From Octopus sinensis (Eukaryota), in the NCBI RefSeq assembly GCF_006345805.1, contig NC_043006.1, positions 20,584,001-20,648,000 on the forward strand: a stretch of DNA of 64,000 nucleotides, written 5' to 3'. Below, one piece after another: positions 1-11,487 of the stretch. The translations under genes were made by a program, and so were the position numbers. The notes beneath the pieces were generated by a model that saw nothing but the letters and a program-made list of their open reading frames with translations, did no database searches and was not told where the DNA came from. Positions within the stretch are counted from its first letter, which is position 1. Each line of letters opens with the position of its first letter.

Positions 1-1710
1 CTTGCTTAAAGTCGTTCCCGCTTTTATAAGGTTCGCAATTTCTGATGCGTAATTGCAGATGCATTACTCCAAGCCTGCATGTTGCATGTAAGCAGACATA
101 CAAACGCGCGTATAAACACACAGATGATGTATAAGAGTACGAGTGTGTATATGTGTGTGTAGGTATGTGCGTAAAACTTGTAATCGACCGTGCGAAGCGA
201 AGGTGATGAAAATGACCACTTAGTACATCACACGGTCGATACAGTAAATATGAAAAGAATAAATGCGTATAAGTGCCAGAAGGAAAAGAGAGACACAACC
301 GGATATAATGTTTAAGAGAAGAATTTATGGATAGGTTGACAATTATATCTGTGGTGCATCATGTATACATAATGATAGGCAGGCCATCATGAGAACAAAG
401 TGTGTGTGTGTGTGCATAGGCATGGATGTATGCATGTGCGTTAAGTTCAGAGCATTGAAAGGGTCTATAATATGACGTTAGAAGAATGTTCAGACACAAG
501 GATGATAAATACCAGTTCGTAGTCAATGTACACGACAGCTGAAATGCTGTATCAAGAAGGTGTGGCTGTAATGCAGAGCCGGTTCAGGTACATGTCGTGC
601 AAGAAGTGGCAACGATGCTACTGCCGGTCACTTGTCACAGGAGTTCTCGCTGGTTGTATTTGCTGTTAACCATGGTGAAGTAATTCACAAATAGCGTTGT
701 GTTGGAATCTGAGCGAATGTTGCTGGTTGCTGTGTACGTAGATTGATGATGTTGATGTTAGGACGAATGCTGGCGACAGAGATAGAGGTCGCTGAATGCT
801 GCTGGACGAAGTTGATGAGTCTCCATGTGTCTGCTGTTGTGTCGTCGTTGGAACTGGCTGAGTCCTGTGTGGTCAATGGCTAGACCTTAAAAGATCTGGA
901 ACCGAAAGACCTCGACTCGATGAGTCACTGAAGTTTTATAGGGAACAGTTGGCTCACCTGAGTTTAGAAGAGACTGTCTCCCGTGACCTTATTTGAAGGC
1001 TGAGATTTGTTGGATTGCATATTGGCGCGCAATAGAGCAAGAGACAAGCTGCGCCAATACCAACCAATCAGAGTTGTGGACACAACAATGGTCCAAAAGG
1101 GCGGTGGAAGGCTAGCTGTTATCTACTACGTCCGTATTTATGTATATATTACAGAGAGAGCGAGAGAGAGAGAGAGGAATTTCCCTCAAACGTATGCTAC
1201 AAACTGCTGTCCGACACCCAACTCCAGCGATATTTAATGTATACTATTAAATGCAAAAGATGTAATGAAGATTACATAGATCAAACAAAACTCACCCTTA
1301 GAAATAGACTAACTATTAAAAGACAACAAATACAAGACCCCAGTACTAGAGAGAGCTCATTAAGCGGACATATAGACATGTGATAAAAAAAAAATTTTAA
1401 CTTCGTCACGTGATCATCCTCGGCCAATCAAAACGTAGCCAAAAAACAGATGCTAATTTGAGGCATGTTCTTTCTTTAAACACAGACAATTTTTGAATTC
1501 CAGTCAGAAGCAAGGTAGTTGCAGCACAGCTCCACGCGTTTCTCTCTCAACTTATGATAATCAGAGAAATCTGTAAAATCGGTTCTCATTAAAAAAAATT
1601 TTTTAAATTTAAACGAACCCCAGTACATTTTCAACTTCTTTTTTTATATATATTTCTACCCGTGTGGAATAAAATAACCTTGTTGTTGTTTACACCCCAC
1701 CACACATGAA

Positions 1711-1794
1711 TACATACATACATACATATATACATACATACATACATACATACATACATACATACATACATACATACATACATACATACATACA
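1711..1794. repeat. (CATA)n microsatellite
   Basis: Near-perfect TACA/CATA run; source of the spurious MYVC/HTYI ORFs. Confidence 0.95.
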
Positions 1795-1968
1795 TTCTCT
1801 CCTTGTTTCTCTCCTTGTTTTTTTCTGTGTATCTTTCTGCTGAAGAGCGTAGACTCGAAACGTAAAAGACTTTTTCTATTTCTATTCCTGAGTGCTATAC
1901 TAATACATTTGTTTGTTTGTACTCCACCTGCCTTCGTCTTTTGTTTATTTTCGTAAACTTTCCCGTTA
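1795..1968 (+). mobile_element. Penelope-like terminal repeat (non-autonomous), degenerate hammerhead-like motif
   Basis: Homologous in reverse orientation to 38021-38175. Contains ctgaagagcgtagactcgaaacgtaaaag, which aligns with the hammerhead motif at 56175-56209. Flanked by (CATA)n. Confidence 0.5.
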
Positions 1969-2289
1969 CATACATACATACATAAGATGTAGTATATATA
2001 GTATATACACACAAAAAAAGGATAGTCACTGATGTCATTCGTCATTTCTATGATCAGACCTAAGATGATTTTCATCATTACAGGTCGGATCAGTGAGGGC
2101 CACCCTGGCGATAAAGAATGCATAAATGTTTTTAGCCAACGAGCAATACTCTTCCTCGGAGATTTTTCAGCCCTTCCTCAGTCACTTCTTCCCTCGGTGT
2201 TGTTTATTTCCACGTTTCCCCTCATTCCCATTCAAAAATTATTTACTAAATTCACAGTCTGTTTAAGATATGCATGCGCTAGTACATAT

Positions 2290-2780
2290 ATTTATGTTTA
2301 CGCTATCACTTTGATCACTTTGACCGACCAGTCCGTCAGGCGTCCATTTGACACCGCTGGTCACAGCACGCTGTCCACTCCTCTCTGGATCGCGCCTTTT
2401 TCATCCACGTGATCCCAATCGTCCTCTTGAAATCGTCACTCCACCGTCGTGGAGGTCTTCCGAGTGGAAGGTCGCTCTAGAGTGCTACTGGTAACATGTA
2501 ATCCAGTACAACCTGTTGCATGGTCGGGACGTCGGCGACTAAACTGACAAACCCCACCAGGTTCGCTTGGTGAGGAGGGTGCTGTTGGACTCCCAGTGGG
2601 ATGGAAAAATAAGACCCAACAAAGGGCGGATGAACTCCTGAAGAGTCAACGGCCATCCAACAAAATACCGGCCTGCCCGCCCAGCCAGTGGGATGGCGTC
2701 ATCTTATGGCTAAAACAGCACGAAGAACGAAGAGTAAAGGAAAAGGACCTCAGTACCCTGCACGTCAATCGGCCCACTCC
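2290..2780 (+). mobile_element. Possible 5' region of an RTE-type LINE
   Basis: GC-richer non-coding block with ggtgaggagggtgctgttgg...gggcggatgaactcc, recalled as resembling RTE 5' UTRs. Not verified. Confidence 0.25.
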
Positions 2781-3231
2781 ATGATGTTTATGCTATACGA
2801 ATGTATATTGTATAATAAAAATGACTCATAGTCACTAGATTACGTAATTATGTGTAAAGGAAACGTTGGGGTGGAAATAAAATTGTGTAATGACTAAATA
2901 TTTTATAGTCTGGTGCTCTTCGGCCATTGTCATCAATATTTGCAAAGCGTGGGAAAATACTGAAACATATCCACAACCCAGAAAACTTGTAAGGCAAAGC
3001 TAATATCCGCATGATCTGCACTTCATGACAAGAAGTCAGAACAGAAGAGTTCTTTTCGGCGATCAAACGAATGAAGCTAATACGCCGCCCATGGCGGGTG
3101 GACACATTCTAATGTTATAGCACTTGTAGTGAATGTGCCTTCCCTTGTCCGTGTGCATGTGCAACCCTACGAATATACATGTGTGTGTCCGTGTCTCTGT
3201 ATTCTGCATATACCTGAGTGTATTTTTTCTT

Positions 3232-3464
3232 TATTTCTTTACTACCCACAAGGGGCTAAACGCAGAGAGGACAAACAAGGACAGACAAACGGATTAAGTC
3301 GATTATATCGCCCTCAGTGCGTAACTGGTACTTATTTAATCGACCCCGAAAGGATGAAAGGCAAAGTCGACCTCGGCGGAATTTGAACTCAGAACGTAAC
3401 GGCAGACGAAATACGGCTACGCATTTCGCCCGGCGTGCTAACGTTTCTGCCAGCTCGCCGCCTT
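3232..3464 (-). mobile_element. SINE family B (tRNA-derived), full length
   Basis: Sense reads aaggcggcgagctggcagaaacgttagc...gagttcaaattcc (B-box-like)...gaggtcgactttgcctttcatcctttcggggtcga...aaagaaata. Many copies in the window. Confidence 0.9.
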
Positions 3465-3915
3465 ATGCCTGAGTGTGTTTGTGTAGTTGTGTATGCAGTG
3501 TTTGTTCTTTCAATTTGTTTGTAACCTTTTTTGCTGTGTCTCAGGAGAATCATTACGCCAATGATAATACACGCACAGGTTTGATTCCTCTTCTTTATTA
3601 TTATGAGTCAATTGGTTAAGTATCTACTCAACTAACAAATCGAGTTGTTAGTTAACGTGCTGGTTAAACAATCAGTCTGTTTGTTTGTTCGTCAAAGTTC
3701 TTTCGTTGGTGTTTGCAACCTTTTCAGTTACTTGTGATCTCCCAACTTGCTTTGTAGGCTGCTTTCGTCTGGTTCCTAACCATCCGCCTGTTTATATGTG
3801 AACTGACGCATCTCATCTCAATCTTCGTCTTAATCTTCGTCACTGACAACTGAAACTCCTCCCTGCTTTTTACTAATCATTCCTTCCTGCTTTCCCTTCC
3901 TCACTACACTTATTT

Positions 3916-4198
3916 ACCTAAAGCTCCACGAGGCTCCGGCAGGGATTGTGGTGATCCCTGCTGTACTCTTTCACCACAACTTTCTCTCACTCTTACTTCC
4001 TGTTTCTGTTATACCTGTATTTCAAAGGGCCGGCCTTGTCACTCTCTGTGTCACGCTGAATATCCCCGAGAACTACGTTAAGGGTGCACGTGTCTGTGGA
4101 GTGTTCAGCCACTTACACGTTAATTTCACGAGCAGGCTGTTCCGTTGATTCGGATCAACCGGAACCCTCGTCGTCGTAACCGACGGAGTACTTCCACC
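3916..4198 (+). mobile_element. SINE family A, 5'-truncated
   Basis: Matches the 3' part of 19341-19722. 10-bp TSD acacttattt at 3906-3915 and 4199-4208. Confidence 0.92.
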
Positions 4199-4487
4199 AC
4201 ACTTATTTCCTCTCTCCACCTCACCCAACAGAAATACTCTTATTCTTTCTCCACCCACCTTCTTTCTTCGATTGCTTCCCTCAAAACTTGTGCAACTTAG
4301 CAAGCAGTCAACGCTGTCACTTCTTGTATCTTCTACATTGTTCTGTCTTTCAATCCGAAAGGATATGTCGTATCTTTGTTTTTCCTCCGAAGAGCTTTGA
4401 CCGAAACTGCGGAAACTTACCAAAAAAAAAAAAGAGCCTAATGCGAACCAAGTACTGAAAGTTATTCATGTACGATCATCAGATACT

Positions 4488-4935
4488 GCATCATCATCAT
4501 CATTGTTCGGCCGTGGTCGAGACAATGGAATTTACTATGTTACGCCAGACTTCACGGTCCATCATAGCATTACGGAGGTCCTGTTGCTGGATGCCTGTAT
4601 CCCTGGAGATTACATCAGGGTAGGAGAGTGTGCGCCCTCTGGTATTGCGAGTAGATGGCTTCCAGAGGAGAAGAGTAGAAATTACTTCTTTTTCAGCTCT
4701 ACAACAATGTCCAGCAAACTGGACTCTCCTACCTTTCACAAGAGAATACACAGGTGGTAATTTCCCATATATTTGCATTTTGGTTGGATGGCGCTTCCAC
4801 GAGAGATTTTGAGCTCTCATAAGGAGGCGAGTGTAGGTTCCATCCAACCGCCTCTCAAGCTTCTTTGATTACCGTCCAGGTTTCTGAGCCATATAGTAGA
4901 ATTGGTTCGACTGTGGCTTTGAATATACTGCAATT
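4488..4935 (-). mobile_element. RTE-clade LINE, 5'-truncated 3' end
   Basis: Minus strand encodes ATVEPILLYGSETWT, then after a frameshift DGTYTRLLMRAQNLSW...RRVQFAGHC...AMMDREVWR. Ends in a (TGA)n tail. Confidence 0.85.
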
Positions 4936-5453
4936 GTAATGTCAAATGGGGGGTGCATGAGATATACGTAGAGCAACGATACCATTCTGCGGTGCACTCG
5001 TTCAGTATCGTGACATTGTTGATTCTTAGAGTTACATCGAGCAGTTGTAATTGCGTGAAATATATATTAGCTGTATCCACCGTGAAGAGCTTCTTGCCCA
5101 TTTCCTTGTCAAAAGAAGGGCTGGCAATTTTCATCTCTCTGGCAGTAATGTTGAAAGAGGTGGTGTAGTAATGTTGAAAGAGGTGGTGTAGAGGTGGTTT
5201 AAAAAAACTGAGAACTATCTCCTTTACATGAAGGGAAGAGAAACCAATGCTGTCCCCCAGTAAAACTTCCGAAAGATTTGAAGGTGAAGGGCAGAAGGTT
5301 GCTGAATGAATCTTTTCTGAATACGTGTCTGTATGTCGTAGATGAAGTTTAACTAGCTTTCAGGAGAGTCGATGCAGTTCAGAGTTTGTGAAAGTGCTCA
5401 TGATCGGCCCGCTGCAACGTTTTTTTTTTATTGGGACTTAAATGTAATTTGTA

Positions 5454-5982
5454 CTAGCAGCATAGCCCGGCATTGCGCGGGTATGTAAGAGCCCCTGGAG
5501 CAGACATGATGCTCGCTGTGAATTTTAAAAAAATTCCTGCCAATTTGTGAAAGATATTGTCGAAAATATGTCATCTTGAATTTGAACGCGATCTCCCAAA
5601 ATGGTATGATTTTATCGATTTTTTTCTGATGGTAAGGTATTGCATGGAAAACTAACATCAGAATTAAGTTTCTTAGGGTAACATTAAGCTTCACCATGAG
5701 TTTGGTCAAAATCGATTGCAAGTTGCGAAAACTACAACAGAAAATGTGTTGCAAATAAAAAGCTTAGATTCTCAACCCCATGTCGAATTTATCCAATTTT
5801 CTCAGAACTGGGGGAACTTCTCAAAATTTTCGCTGCGTTAGTTTTGAATTATGACATTGGGCTATGTGTGTATCAAGTTTCATCAGAATCGGTTGAAAGC
5901 CGTGGTCAGGGTGAGGGTACAACCTGACAGACACCCAGACACACAGACAGACAAACTGCCGTTTATATATAGAGAGAAGAGA
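5454..5982 (-). mobile_element. Non-autonomous Helitron
   Basis: Minus strand starts TC, has a (TGTC)n tract near the 5' end, a 3' hairpin cccgcgcaatgccggg, then CTAG. Inserted between A and T. The 3' end matches 31013-31409. Confidence 0.8.
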
Positions 5983-7246
5983 TTTTGGTATTTTCGTATT
6001 TTAATCCTATTCTGAAAAACTAAACATTTTTTTCCCTGCCGTTTATAGCTTCTTGTAATGTTTTTCATTACAGGTAAATTACTGCTGTTCTTGTGACACT
6101 AATGGAATTGTTATCGTGCAAAATTCTACTGCACTGCAAGGGACACCAAAGTGTGTGAACTATTGTATTTTGGGGAGAGGATGTAGAATTGTATTTGTTA
6201 CACATTCATATCTATGTGTTTACGTATGCCAAACTACATCCCCACTCTTGGCACTATTTTGTTAGTGAACAGTACAACTGTGTGTAAAGTATATTATGTA
6301 TCACTACGCTGAATGTCGTGACCGTGTATCATGAATAGTAAATAAACACGTGTAACGGGAGTGAATATCTTCTCTGCACTTTTTGGGTGCAGTTGGTGCA
6401 ATCACTTTCCGTTGCTTAATATCCAGATTCTACCAGTCAGAAACAACAAGACGCAAACGTAAAAAATATATATCTACTTTATTCTCTTATGACAGTAACA
6501 AATAAGTGATACATCTGGTTCCGTTTGGTATTGGGCGTGCAAGGCTGAACTTACGCATGTAGATTTTACAGTGTTCAGCCGCTAAAACAGAACGTGGGGT
6601 CAAAATGGCGTCCGTAGGAAGAAGATGATGTCTGCAACAAATCCTGGTTAAAAGTCTTCGGCTAAAGGCTGCTGCTATATCAAATCCGGACAGAGAGAGA
6701 GAATACACGTCCTGTACCTTCGATAGCTGTGTCTCAAGTCACTGCCTACTGGACGCTGGTGGTCAACGTCCTACGCTCCCCTTGCCTCGCGGCTAAACTG
6801 CCACATAGGCAAATGGTCCTTCTTCCGGTGGTGAAAGCACCAACCCCGCACGCACGAAACAGAAATGGACGGTGTGCGAGCGCGCACCGTTATATAGGAT
6901 CACTACACACGTAACAATAACAATGGTTTTCATTTGGTTGTCTATCCCATTAGAACCCAAACTACACATAACAGTATTTGAATCAGTGCGTGAATGAGAC
7001 CACGAGGGCGGTTTCCCTGGAAACAAAGTTCCTAAAACAGTAGTAATAATAAATAAACAAAAAAAAAATGGGTGCCCTGCCTGCTATACTTACTTTGCTT
7101 CGGCCACTGGCAACCCTCACTACAGCACTGCTTTGAATGATACATCTACCTTGTTTTGTAGCTTTGTAGCGACTAGCTACAGAATAGCTAAAGCTGGGAT
7201 TCGAAATCGAATCCACATTGCTATTAATTCTCAAACAAATTTCCGG

Positions 7247-7414
7247 TAACTAACCCTAAACCTCCCCCTAACCCTAAATTTTTTTTTCTTAATTGTTAAA
7301 TTAATTTAATTGTTACGCGTGTAAAAAAAAACAATAGAATTAAATTAATTTAACAATTAAGAAAAAAAAAATAGGGTTAGGGTTAGGGTTAGGGGGGAGG
7401 TTTAGGGTTAGTTA
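7247..7414. repeat. Inverted repeat (~70-bp arms) containing TTAGGG telomere-like units
   Basis: gtaactaaccctaaacctcc...aattgtt is mirrored by aacaat...ggaggtttagggttagttac. The adjoining 7414-7540 sequence is homologous to the MITE at 9036-9664. Confidence 0.85.
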
Positions 7415-7657
7415 CAGGATGTTGTCTCAGTTTTAGACGCAGCAAATGATTTTAGTTGAATGGAGGTAATCGATTGGTTAAAATTGCCGAAATGCTCGGA
7501 TTTTCAGACGAAATATCTTACAAACTATAGAATTAATGAGAATGAGTTGCCTTCTTGGACCATTTTTGGGGTATTCAAGGATCAAGACAGATAATTCTGG
7601 AGAAATTCCATTGTTCTCGGTTGACCTACTTTAATCACCAAACATAAATATACGGAC

Positions 7658-8095
7658 GGATCTTTTCGGTTCGAACGGCAGTTTTTTCTAGCGGTGTCAT
7701 ATGAAATTGTCACCCATAATTATGACCCTAGTATCGATCTATTGCATTTCAATCTGTTTTAGGGTTAGGGTCAGTTAGGGTTAGGGTTAGGGGTGGGGTG
7801 GGGAAGGGTATCTTTTTTTTCTTCACAAATGTAAATAAACCCAAGCTGTTTCTTAAACGAGGGACATATTCATGCGGCACAGAATGTCTTTTTTACCTCA
7901 ATACACGTCAGTGATTGGTTGAAATTGCAGAAATTGAAGAAAAAAACAACAAATATCTTACAAACTATAGAATTTTGTCAGTAAAGCCAAGAGAAAAAGA
8001 TGTTTTATAAATACATTCTACCTGTATACGAAGTTTAACATTTTTTAGTTACCTAGTAATTATGTTAAAAACTGCCGTTCAAACCGAAAAGATCC
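7658..8095 (+). mobile_element. MITE with GGATC-starting TIRs and 8-bp TSD; carries (TTAGGG)n
   Basis: ~28-bp TIR ggatcttttcggtt(c/t)gaacggcagttttt. TSD atacggac at 7650-7657 and 8096-8103. Confidence 0.92.
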
Positions 8096-8485
8096 ATACG
8101 GACAAATGTTAAGTTCATTTCTTTGGTGAGTGCGATTCTGATTCCTAGAGAATAGAATTCTCTCTCTCTCCCCCTCTCTCTCTGATTATTAAACAACTAT
8201 TACTATGTCTTTCTTCGTAGCAGTCGCAGAGAAACTACTCTCACATAAACTGAACCATGGATCGACAGAATATACTTTACTGCAACGAATAACATGTGTA
8301 CACAAGCAAATTACCGCAGTTGCTAATCTTATCTATTGTAATGACATTACAATTCATATTAAATAAATAGCCATCGTAATAATTAATTAATTGTTCTTCG
8401 CTAATTAATTCATTTCTCCAATGCATTTTCTCATTCAATCATCGTTGCAACAATTCATAGTTATTTATTCCTGTTATTAATTAAG

Positions 8486-8867
8486 GTGGAGGGGCAATGG
8501 CCCAGTGGTTAGGGCAGCGGACTCGCGGTCGTAGGATCGCGGTTTCGATTCCCAGACCGGGCGTTGTGAGTGTTTATTGAGCGAAACACCTAAAGCTCCA
8601 CGAGGCTCCGGCAGGGGATGGTGGTGATCCTGCTGTACTCTTTCACCACAACCTTTCTCTCACTCTACTTCCTGTTTCTGTGTAACCTGTATTTCAAAGG
8701 GCCGGCCTTGTCCTCTCTGTGTCACGCTGATATCCCCGAGAACTACGTTAAGGTACACGTGTCTGTGGAGTGCTCAGCCACTTACACGTTAACTTCACGA
8801 GCAGGCTGTTCCGTTGATCGGATCAACCGGAACCCTCGTCGTCGTAACCGACGGAGTGCTTTCTCTC
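8486..8867 (+). mobile_element. SINE family A (tRNA-derived), full length
   Basis: A box tggcccagtgg and B box ggtttcgattccc. TSD tattaattaag at 8475-8485 and 8868-8878. Confidence 0.93.
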
Positions 8868-9035
8868 TATTAATTAAGGCAGCAAGCTTGCAGTATCGTA
8901 ATTAACAGCTTAATATTTCTTCAATATTACTGGGTTCAAATACCGCTGAGTTCAACTTAGTATTTCATCCATTCGGTGTCGATGAAAATAGGTACCAGTT
9001 GAATACTGTTATCAAGTAATCGACTAACTCCTCTC

Positions 9036-9664
9036 GGATCTTTTCCTTTTGAACGACAGACAATTTCTAGTTAACCAAACACTTTAAAAACTTCGTATAC
9101 TGGTAGAATGTGTCAAAATAAAACATTTTTTTCTCTTGGCTTTCTTGAGAAAATTGTAATTTGTTTGTTTAACGTAGTTTAATTTTTCGAATTTTAACCA
9201 ATCCTATGCTCTCTTTTGAGCTAAAATCATCTGCTGCGTCTAAAACTGAGACAACATCCTGTAATTTCCACGTAACTAAACACTTTTAAACTTCGTATAC
9301 TGGTAGAATGTGTTTATAAAACATTTTTTCTCTTGGCTTTATTAAGAAAATTCTATAGTTTGTAAGATATTTGTTGTTTTTTTCTTCAATTTCTGCAATT
9401 TCAACCAATCGATGACGTCCATTGAGGTAAAAGACATTCTGTGCCGTATGAATATGTCCCTCGTTTAAGAAACAGATTGGGTTTATTTACATTTGTGAAG
9501 AAAAAAAGATACCCTTCCCCCACCCCTAACCCTAACCCTAACCCTAACTGACCCTAACCCTAAAACAGATTGAAATGCAATAGATCGATACTAGGGTCAT
9601 AATTATGGGTGACTATTTCATATGACACCGCTAGAAAAAACTGCCGTTCAAACCGAAAAGATCC
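9036..9664 (-). mobile_element. GGATC-MITE, reverse orientation, composite with an internal duplication
   Basis: The right part is the reverse complement of 7658-8095. The left TIR is diverged (ggatcttttccttttgaacgacag) and no TSD is visible. Confidence 0.85.
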
Positions 9665-10729
9665 AATGCACGTATTGTATCTGGGGAAATATCTTATTTC
9701 TAAGAAAAACCACAGCTGCTTCCTAAACATCTAGTGGTCCCTATAGTGCCCCACCTTGCGACCTCACAATGTTTTCAAGAGACACTATCGTGAAAGTTAA
9801 AGATTATTAGTCAGACAACGTGCTGTGTTGCGTGTATGTTTTGTACATTATTACAATATTTATTAGAACAATTCCGTGTCTTGTTCGTTTCCGTTGGAAT
9901 TATTATTATTACTCATGTCGTTTTTTCCTGCTACAAGTCATTATTTTCATCATAATTTATGAATCAATATAGTTTCGTTTAGTTTTTCTTTTTCCCTATT
10001 TTGCTTCATATGTAATATTAAGCACCACAGGTTCGCTTATTTATATATCGTCGCCATTGCTGTAATAATATCAAGTGTCGCTTCTCATTGACTGGTTTAT
10101 CATATTTCATTGCATTGTCTTTTTATTTTAAACCATCAAGAGATATAATTTTACTCGGTCACCATACATACTCCACATCCTTTCCTACATTCTTTCTCCT
10201 CTGTCTTCTTAGAATTGGCAGAATCATTAAAAGCGTCGGACAAAATGTCTTCCTCTATTTAGTAACGACTCTTTTAAGTTCTGAGTTCAAATCACGCCAA
10301 GGTCAAATTTGTCTTTTATCCTTCCGGGTTCAATAAAGCAAAATTATAATGGCGGAGATTTAAAATAGCTATCCTTTGAAGCCCTTTATCTAAGGGAAAA
10401 GGGTGTTTTTTCCTCTCTTCATTTTTTTGGGTAATCTTATATTCCATACTACGGAAATTACGAAAGAATTTTTTTATCCAAAGATAAAATGTATTTTTAC
10501 ATTTTGCTCCCTCACCTCCTCTCAAATCCGTACTCGATTCCTTTTCTATGAAGGAAGGATAGCTATATCAAAACTCCAGCGTTACACTCAACCACTGTGG
10601 CTATATATAAATTTCTATAATGCATTCGTGAGATGAATGAAATTATTAACAGAAGAGTATTTACTGCTTGCATATTTTCTTTATTTTTATTTTTTTACAT
10701 TCTATTTCCTACTTGCTGCACTGTTGTCC

Positions 10730-10732
10730 CTC

Positions 10733-10764
<32 letters not shown>

Positions 10765-11487
10765 CTCCTTTTCCTCCTCTTCTTCCTCCTCTTCTTCCTC
10801 CTCTTCTTCCTCCTCTTCCTCCTCCTCTTCCTCCTCTTCTTCCTCCTCTTCTTCCTCCTCTTCCTCCTCCTTTTCCTCCTCCTCTTCCTCCTCTTCTGCC
10901 TCCTCTTCTTCTTCTTCTTCCTCGTCATCCTCCTCTTCCTCCTCTTTCTCCTCGTCATCCTCCTCCTCCTCCTCCTCCTCTTCTTCCTCTTCCTCCTCCT
11001 CCTTCTCCTCCTCTTCTGCTTCTTTTTCTTCCTCTTCCTCTTCTTCTTCTTCTTCTTCTTCTTCCTCCTCTTCCTCTTCCTCTTCTTCTTCTTCTTCTTC
11101 TTCTTCTTCTTCTTCCTCCTCTTCCTCCTCCTCCTCTTCTTCCTCTTCCTCTTCCTCTTCCTCTTCTTCTTCTTCATCTTCTTCTTCTTCTTCTTCTTCT
11201 TCTTCCTCCTCTTCCTCTTCCTCTTCCTCTTCCTCCTCTTCTTCCTCTTCCTCTTCCTCTTCTCTTCTTCTTCTTCTTCTCTTCTTCTTCCTCCTCTTCC
11301 TCTTCCTCTTCCTCTTCCTCCTCTTCTTCCTCTTCCTCTTCCTCTTCCTCTTCTTCTTCTTCTTCTTCTTCTTCTTCTTCCTCCTCTTCCTCTTCCTCCT
11401 CTTCCTCTTCCTCCTCTTCCTCTTCCTCCTCTTCCTCCTCTTCTTCTTCTTCTTCTTCTTCTTCCTCCTCCTCCTCCTCCTCCTCCC
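10730..11487. repeat. ~760-bp polypyrimidine (CCT/CTT)n compound microsatellite
   Basis: Almost only C and T on the + strand. Produces the poly-S/L/P/E/R/K ORFs in the ORF track. Confidence 0.97.

Noticed and set aside
183-240. 10-bp inverted repeat enclosing gtgatga, as a possible C/D snoRNA
   Set aside because: No CTGA D box near the 3' stem.
541-1120. Possible LTR-retrotransposon gag start (ORF 685-876)
   Set aside because: No convincing gag motif, PBS or paired LTR; left unclassified.
1835-1870. Functional hammerhead at 1835-1870 and ~38110-38145
   Set aside because: When aligned to the intact motif, the core is altered (ctgctgaa, cagtagaa). Treated as degenerate.
7370-7410. True telomere or chromosome-fusion site
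   Set aside because: Only 3-5 TTAGGG units, embedded in MITE-related sequence that recurs in the window.
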